A stretch of 64,000 nucleotides of DNA. Source: Candidatus Marinacidobacterales bacterium (GTDB lineage Bacteria; Acidobacteriota; Vicinamibacteria; Marinacidobacterales; SMYC01). A program made the translations under genes and the position numbers. The DNA is taken from positions 1,984,001 through 2,048,000 of the forward strand of contig OZ250169.1 of NCBI GenBank assembly GCA_965237955.1, written 5' to 3'. The notes below the pieces were generated by a model. The model was not told where the DNA came from and made no database searches. It saw only the letters and a program-made list of their open reading frames with translations. Shown here one piece after another: positions 57,086-64,000 of the stretch (position 1 is the stretch's first letter; the number at the start of each line of letters is the position of its first letter).

Positions 57086-57985
57086 GTAGGGTCGAGGGCT
57101 GGCGCGGTGCTCCGTAGGCGCGGCCTATCTGTTTCTCCCCGTTTCCTGTGGGAGTGCCTCACTAGCCGCACCGTAAGTCCGTTTCCAGCCCCCGCCACAT
57201 CGCACGCAGCGTGCGGCTTTCCCGCACTACGCGCTCCTGCACACTTCCCGCGAAGGGTTATGTGACCTATCGAGCCGGGGCGTCTTTCGGCGAATCTACG
57301 AGATATCGAACTCGGTAATCTGTGAACAGTCCGACAGTCGCCTACATCCATCGCCTACTCCATCGCTTCCAGCCGAAACCTTGGCGCAAGAAGCGCCAAG
57401 ACTTCTCGGCCTTCGCCTTGACGTATATCCTTCATCTCAGCTCCTGCAGAGTGATGGGTGATTTTGTCATCTCACCCCTGCCTCGCTTGTTGACGAAGGA
57501 GTTGTGTGCAGCAGGGCCCCTTTGCTCCACGGGCGTTGCCCCGTTTCAACGCTACTACGGACCCAGCCGCCACCGTCTCGTCTTCAACCGTTTTCCCGGG
57601 GCCTCCGGTTATGCGGTCTACCTTGCTCCGTCGATTTCTCGACGGGACGAGGACGGCTTCTCCAGTTGCTTGGCATGTCCTTATCACCGTGCTGTCCCTA
57701 CCACCCCGCCAGAGGGATGTGCCTCATCAGATAGTCTGGCGACACATCCTGTTGCCTTCGTCCGACAGGAGAAAACTCGGCCTCTGGGGCTATTTTTTTG
57801 TCGGGGCCACCTATGGGTTCACTTGTGTTACGGCCCGGTGACTCGCTCACCATCCTCAAGATGGCTTTGTCAGTCAGCTTCATCCGTCTCGTTTCCTCCA
57901 CGAACGTGACTCAAGCTACGGGGCGCTAACTTTTACCCCGGTGGGACTCTTTCCCACTGAACATGCCAGCCTTCGCTGGACGCAC
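57086..57985 (-). ncRNA. Group II intron, 900 nt, with internally deleted IEP
   Basis: 5' GTGCG at 57985; domain V GAGCGCGTAGTGCGGGAAAGCCGCACGCTGCGTGC; 3' CCCTAC; IEP remnant MTKSPITLQELR*RIYVKAKAEKSWRF joined to GFGWKRWSRRW. Confidence 0.9.
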
Positions 57986-58089
57986 TCCTGTCCAAAAACA
58001 CAAACGAACTCAAGACTGGCGCGCCGGGCCGTTTCGATCGTCATCACCCCGTGGCGAGCCCCAGATCAGGAGCGTGTCGGAGGCGATGT

Positions 58090-58730
58090 CGGCGATTCGG
58101 GTTCTCCGCACGCGCAGGGAAAACACCGTCCAGCAACGGGATGCCACGCTCCCGGGCGGAGACCTGGGTCCAGGCCCGGGCCGCACCTGGACCAGAACGT
58201 GCTAGCCCGATACGCCGCAGTAACCCGGGCCTCGATTCTGGGCCTCTCGGGTGGCCTCTTTTCCGCCGCCGCACGGCCCGGTCAGCGGCCCGCCACCCTA
58301 TTTGGCGCAAACGTGGCACTCGAAAATCGGGATTAGAGACGAATGTCGAAAATGAGGCCCGTTCAGCCCTTCTAGCGCGTCTCTGGTGACACCTATACCT
58401 GCGAAACCCCGCCAACCGCGCGGAAAATCTCATCCGTCTCTGCAGTGCCACAATTGGGCAGACTGGGTGGCGGATGGTGCAGGTTGGAGCTATCCGGTCT
58501 CGGCAAAATGTGGTCCAGCTTTTGCCGGAAATCCTCAAACAGAAAAGTAAGTGGAGATTCAGGAGGTTTCGAGCTTCGCGCATTTCTTGAGTTTTTTGAT
58601 GCGTACGCAGGTTTGGCGAGAAGGCTGTTTTACGCGCTCTCGGGTTTCAACCGTGATGCCCACGTCGTTCTATCCGCTTCCCCTACAGTGATTTAACGGC
58701 TTCCGTCACGTGCTGGTCCCCGCACGCATC
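58090..58730 (+). repeat. Copy 2 (uninterrupted) of the ~650-bp non-coding module
   Basis: Colinear with 40452-44732; contains TGGCGGATGG..CTATCCGGTCTCGGC. Confidence 0.85.
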
Positions 58731-59315
58731 ATCGACGGGTGGTCGTTCGAGCCGGAATTTTAATCAGCTTTTCTATACGGCAATTTCAAACTCCTGGACG
58801 CCTGAAAGAGGGCCGTGTCGTAAACCCTCCGGAGGCGGCTCCGACCGTTACTCATTGTCGCAAAAGGCTTTACGTCTCATCAGCGAATGTTCGTCGACGG
58901 GAACATCTTTCCGACTATCGCAGTCGGGAGGCTCGAGTGGAGCTTCCGATTCTTGGCTGGAAACGATCAGAAACAGAGCAAAACAGGCCATTAACGTGCA
59001 ATTTGGGGCGATTTTGGGGCTTATCGTGTCGTTTTTCCACTTAATCGCGCAGACAATGAGAAGACGCTCTACGCCTAGATCGCGCCTGAGGAGAGGACGA
59101 ATAGCGGAATTCGAATTGGCCAAACCTCGAATTCATCCAGTGGAGTTTTACGGAGGAAACGAAGATGACTCCGCAGACGGTCCAGTACAAGGAGCTATCC
59201 GAGTCTGGAAACCATGACAGGGAATTTGGGCCAGTTTGAGGCTGATTGGTGGAGGCCAGTGTCGGAGAGCAGCTTGCTGCTAACCGAGGCCATTCACGAA
59301 GTGGGCGCTGGAGGC

Positions 59316-59825
59316 TCACAGCGTTTTGACGAGCACTCGCTGTTTCTCCCAATCGTCGGGAAGCGGATGATGCAAGAGGTAGCTCGAGGTCAGCCCAACG
59401 GGCTGGCGGCCTTCGACAATGGCGCGGACGATGTCGGGAGCCAGGAAGGCATAACGGATTGCCTTGCGCACGCGGTCCGTTGGGATGGCGTTTTCGGTGG
59501 CAATCTGCTCATAGGTTTTGCCTGCTTTGATTCGGTTGAGCCAGGAGAGGGCGTTGGCGATATTGCGCAGGAGTGTGCGGTCGACGGATTTCGTGGGGTT
59601 GCCCAGAACGAGCTTGGTCTCGACGCCGCGTCGACGCAAGCGGAACGGTGCGAGGATGCGGAGTGCATCCTCGCGAATGCGGTCGGGCCCCATAGACAGG
59701 CAAGCAGCGAACGCATTGCGGTCGAGCAGGATGGACACAGAGCCGGGGCTGATATCGACCCGCCGGATAAGACGGAGCAGGGGGGCTGCCGAGGCACTAT
59801 CATCATTACTACCGGAACACAGCCC
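59316..59825 (-). pseudogene. C-terminal domain of a large serine recombinase
   Basis: PFRLRRRGVETKL..L..A..W..AFLAPDIVRAIVEGRQP..LP.DW..Q; cut near the type-B terminus at 59850-59885. Confidence 0.7.
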
Positions 59826-59885
59826 GTCTAAAAAGCGACGCACCGAGGCGAGCTCTCGGCTCCGTTCGCATTTTCGGACACGACG

Positions 59886-61440
59886 GCGTTCAGGTCGATG
59901 AGATCTGGAATTTCACCTACGCGAAAGCGAAGAACGTCGCGCGGGCGAAGGCCGCACCCGAGGGCGCGGGCGACACCTGGACGTGGACGGCACTCGACGC
60001 CGACTCCAAGCTGATCGTCTCCTGGCTGGTCGGCGGGCGCGACGCCGGATACGCGGCGGAGTTCATGCAGGACCTGGCCGGTCGTCTTGCCAACCGCGTG
60101 CAGCTCACGAGCGACGGCCACAGGGTGTACCTCTCGGCGGTAGAGGATGCGTTCGGATCTGATATCGACTACGTAATGTTGATCAAAAACTACGGAGACG
60201 CGCCGGAAGGTCAGAGGCGGTACAGCCCGGCCGTCTGCACCGGAGCGACGCGGATACGCGTCACTGGCGACCCCGACGATGACCACATCTCCACGAGCTA
60301 CGTCGAGCGCCAGAACCTGACGATGCGGATGTCGATGCGGCGTTACACGCGGCTGACGAACGCCTTCTCGAAGAAGCTGGCGAACCTGGAGCATCACGTC
60401 GCGCTCTACTTCGTGCACTACAACTTCTGCCGGGTCCACAAGACGTTGAGAACGTCGCCGGCGATGGCAGCCAAAATCACGGACACGCTTCACGACATGG
60501 AGTGGATCGTCGGCCTCATCGATGCGCGGGCACCGAAGCCAGGCCCACGCGGACCCTACCGAAAGCGCCAGCAGGCAGCATAACCCAGGGCTTGGGACTG
60601 TTGGTGCTTGATCTGCCAACCTCGTTCAGCTTAGAATCCCACTAGCTCGGTTTCCCCGAGTCCGTTGATTCTTTCGGCTTAGTCTCCATAGAATCAGCCG
60701 CCCCGCTAGCCGGCCGCTAGCGGGGCGGCGCACTTTCGCCGGCCTCGATGGAGCCGAAACATGGAGACTAAGGATGATAATTCCGTCTTTACCCCCGATC
60801 CCTGATCCGTTCGACGACCCACGACTCAAAAAAGAACTTCTCCAAATGGCGAAGGCGTTCGAAACCCACGAGAAGAAGTTCGCTGCGCTTAAGCCACAAG
60901 TGGAGCGTCAGTTCCGTCATATGTCGGCAGAGTTAGCGCGAAGCTGGCCTGCTCTGAGGCAGTCGCGTGTCAAACTTGAAGGAAAACCAAGCATGAAGAT
61001 TCCATCTATACCCGTCGCTCCATTTGAGCTGAAGCTCCCTAGAAGCGATCAGCTAGAAACCATCATCCGTAGACTTGACGAAATTGATTCTACTCTGGGA
61101 AAGGTCGTAATTTTGATGCAGGAAGGGTTGAATCGGAAGGTTCAGACCGAGACGAGCCCAACGTCGGAAGGACATACTCAACCACCCTCAAAGCCGAAAA
61201 CTGTTCGTTAAATGTCGTTCCACTGTTTTCCAAAAGCTCGATGATAGACTGGGCCAGGGCGAGCGAAATGGCGCGTTTTCCGACTAGATGAGAACCGGGA
61301 AGGTCCGACATGAAACCCCACTTGTGAAGGCCTGGAAGGAAATTATAGCATGAAGCCCAACTGGTAGCGTTCAGAGCGGCGAGGCTTACGCCTTCCAACT
61401 TGTGAGCTCCATTTTCTTAATTTCAAACTGAGACACTACC
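59886..61440 (+). mobile_element. 5'-truncated IS1-family element with passenger region
   Basis: DEIW, WTWTALD, LTSDG, STSYVERQNLTMR..FSKK; right end TTTCAAACTGAGACACTACC. Confidence 0.8.
60774..61211 (+). CDS. Hypothetical passenger protein
   Basis: 145-aa ORF inside the IS1 boundaries, RBS-like GGAG. Confidence 0.45.
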   Translation: MIIPSLPPIPDPFDDPRLKKELLQMAKAFETHEKKFAALKPQVERQFRHMSAELARSWPALRQSRVKLEGKPSMKIPSIPVAPFELKLPRSDQLETIIRRLDEIDSTLGKVVILMQEGLNRKVQTETSPTSEGHTQPPSKPKTVR

Positions 61441-61483
61441 CCATCAAGTGTTGCTTCAGTTGGCCTGCCTGTGCCGGCGAACG

Positions 61484-62306
61484 CGTCGTGTCCAAAAATA
61501 CAAACGAACTCAAGATCGGCACGCCGGGACGTTTCGGAATAGATTGATGACAGCTAGTGGACCCACTGGTAGTTGATGCGGGCACGAATCAAAGCTGGGG
61601 ATTATTACAGCGAATTGGAATCCTCGTTCAAGGGGAAACCGTAGTATCCTGGGAGCGTCTTTCAATACAGAAGGGGGCAACGCCATTTGGAGGAGAACTA
61701 TGGCAAAAGCGCGAGTGTTGACGCGGTTGGAACTAGCCGAGCATTTGGGTGTCGATAAACAGATGGTAACGAAATGGGAGCGGTCTGGGATGCCGGTCCA
61801 CACCAGAGGGCGCGGCGTGGCGTCTCAATTCCGTCTGGGGGAGGTCCGGGCGTGGCTAAGGGTGCGGGAAGCGAAGGCCAAAGCGGCGGAGAAGGCGAAG
61901 GTGCGGGAAGCCAAAGCGTCAGAGAAGGCGAAGAAGACAGCGAAGGGTTAGCCCCAAAGGTTTGCTCCCAGACCCGCCGTAAGCTGGCGAAGTCCAAACC
62001 GTCCAAAACGACGTTCCGGCCAATCCCTGTATCCTGCGGCATCACCGAACGTTCGCTCTTGTGCTCGATAAAGTCCAGTCTAATGAAGGACTTCCGGGTG
62101 CGAAGTTCACTGCCCGCAGCTCGCCCCGCAGCCGATTTGAGCCAGCCGTGCGCACCCCCGGTGGGCCTGTCGCTCGCCACCCGCAGCCCAGGGGTCGGAA
62201 GCCAGCCCTGCGGCGCGAAATACCCTCGATTCTGCGCGGATTCCAAGAGCGTCTAAGCTGCTGATTTGTGGTCTATTTCAAAAGGGCCGAGTTTTGGCAC
62301 AGGACG
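61484..62306. mobile_element. Putative non-autonomous unit bounded by type-B (left) and type-A (right) termini
   Basis: CGTCGTGTCCAAAA ... TTTTGGCACAGGACG in inverted orientation; no TSD. Confidence 0.6.
61700..61951 (+). CDS. Small HTH protein (Nu1/terminase-small or excisionase-like)
   Basis: RBS GGAGGAG; LTRLELAEHLGVDKQMVTKWERSGMP..FRLGEVRAW. Confidence 0.7.
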   Translation: MAKARVLTRLELAEHLGVDKQMVTKWERSGMPVHTRGRGVASQFRLGEVRAWLRVREAKAKAAEKAKVREAKASEKAKKTAKG

Positions 62307-64000
62307 GGGTGAGCGACCCGCCGGAGGAGAACACGTGCTCATGGCTGGCCTCGGTGCTCAGCCGCAGCCGCCGCATGTCGACCGTCACCGCCCCGAACGT
62401 CTCCCCATCGCCCGCGACGTCGAGCCGCGCCAGCGCCCCCTCTCCCTTCAGCTTCACACTCGTCGTCCCGCGCGCCAGGAGCCGACCGCTGACGCCTACC
62501 GCTCCAGAGTCCAGCATCGCCTCGCTCGTCCGGGGATCCCCGGCGAGGTCGTCCACGATCCGGATTTCTCCCCAGGAGTGACCGACCGTTCCCCACACGT
62601 CCAGGTCGGACGACACCGACCAGCCCAGGTAGGGATGGACGCCCGTCAGCTGCAGCTCGTACGCGCCGCCCCCGGCGTCTCTGCCGCCCGCGTAGTAGTC
62701 GAACGAACCCCTCGACCGGGATACGGACAGCCCCGCCAGCACGTCGGAACCAAGCCGCACATCGGCCCCGAGGTGCACGCTGAACACCTCGCCGTTCCAA
62801 GCGACCACGCCGTCCTCGCCGCCGCCCGCCAGGTTGCGGTAGTCGCCGCAGCCCCACGCCGCGAAACGTCCCGCCCCGCCCTCTTCCTCCTTCGACGGCA
62901 TCAGGAACGACGAATCGCCGAGCGCCTGCTCCAGGGTCAGCGGCTCGGTGCCCGCCGCGGCCCACCCGTCGGAGGTCGGCGCGAGAGATAGCGACAGACG
63001 GCCAACCGGCTCCTCCGCCCTGCCCTGGGCGGCGTCCGAGAACGCCTGATCGCTGCGACACCTGACAGCGCTGAAAGCCAGCGTCCGCCCTATCTCCGGA
63101 AGGACGGTCTGGTTAACCAGCCCGATGCGGCGCTCCACGTCGTCGGTGATCGTTCCCACCCCTGTGTCGTCCGCCAACGTCGTCCCCACCGGGTCGCTCA
63201 ATTCCACCGTAAACTGCTCGGCGCCCTCCATCAGCTGGTCAATCAGCGTCGCCACGGCAACCGCCCGGGTCGTTTCCCCCGGCTCGAAGCGCAGCGTTCC
63301 CGATGTCGTCGTGTAGTCCGAGCCCGCAACCGCCGTCCCGTCGACCGTCTGGTACGACACCGTCACTGCGACGCCGCTCACGGCGCTCAACCGCATCACG
63401 AACTCCGCCGTACCCCCTTCGCCAACTGGCGGCGCGTCGTCGATCGCAAGCGTGGGCGGTTCGTCTTCGTCGGTGATCGTCCCCGCGCCGGTGTCGTCCG
63501 CCACCGTCGCCCACGACGGGGCGCTCAGCTCCACGGTGAAAGCTTCGGTCTCCTCCGGCGTGTCGTCGGTCGGCCGGAGCGTCTTCGTCGTGTCGCCCGG
63601 CTCGAAGCGCAGCGTTCCCGATGTCGTCGTGTAGTCCGAGCCCGCAACCGCCGTCCCGTCGACCGTGCGGTAAGCCACCGTCACCGGCTCGCCGCTCTCT
63701 CTGCGCAACGTCACCCTGAACTTGGCCGTGCGCCCTTCGGGCACCGGCGCGGCGTCGCCGATGGACAGGGTCGGGAGGCTGCGGCTCCCGCCGTCGTCGT
63801 CGCTGATCGTCCCCGTCCCGGTTCCGTCGGCCACCGTCGCCCCCGACGGGGCGCTCAACTCCACGGTGAAGGCTTCGGTCTCCTCCGGCGTGTCGTCGTC
63901 CACGGTCGGTACCCGGAGCGTCTTCGTTGTCTCCCCCGGCTCGAAACGCAGCGTCCCCGCCATCGCCGTGTAGTCCGAGCCTGCAACCGCCGTTCCGTCC
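62307..64000 (-). pseudogene. Calx-beta repeat autotransporter-like protein, barrel truncated
   Basis: Repeats TVDGTAVAGSDY..GTLRFEPGET..E.F.VELS; barrel-like HLGAD..HPYLGW; cut by a type-A terminus; continues beyond the window. Confidence 0.85.

Noticed and set aside
61700-61951. Prophage
   Set aside because: Single HTH gene; no structural or packaging genes nearby

Overview
GC-rich bacterial chromosome segment; gene style suggests Acidobacteriota/Vicinamibacteria, possibly a sponge symbiont (inference only). The left ~26 kb is mostly intact housekeeping DNA (ruvB, queA, gmhA, eno, sensor kinase plus sigma54 response regulator, hemE, hemG/Y, tRNA-Gln, tRNA-Ser, amrB) with a few IS insertions. 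From ~26 kb onward it is a decayed, nested mobile-element mosaic (IS3 x3, IS5, IS21 x2, ISL3, IS200, IS1380, IS1, an rve-type element, MITEs) containing gene fragments, several defence-related. Main observations: (1) about 16 short transposon-like termini ending TTTT(G)..ACG, many exactly at gene truncation points; (2) a group II intron with its RT gene internally deleted, inserted 2 nt from the tip of one such terminus, with candidate EBS1/EBS2 complementary to the terminus motif; (3) two DUF222-like/HNH genes, each with its own repeated perfect palindrome, one flanked by ~100-bp inverted repeats; (4) a 125-bp CTAG-targeting MITE with filled and empty sites; (5) a duplicated ~650-bp non-coding module with a tRNA-3'-end-like motif. 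Family names come from recognising sequence motifs, not from database searches.
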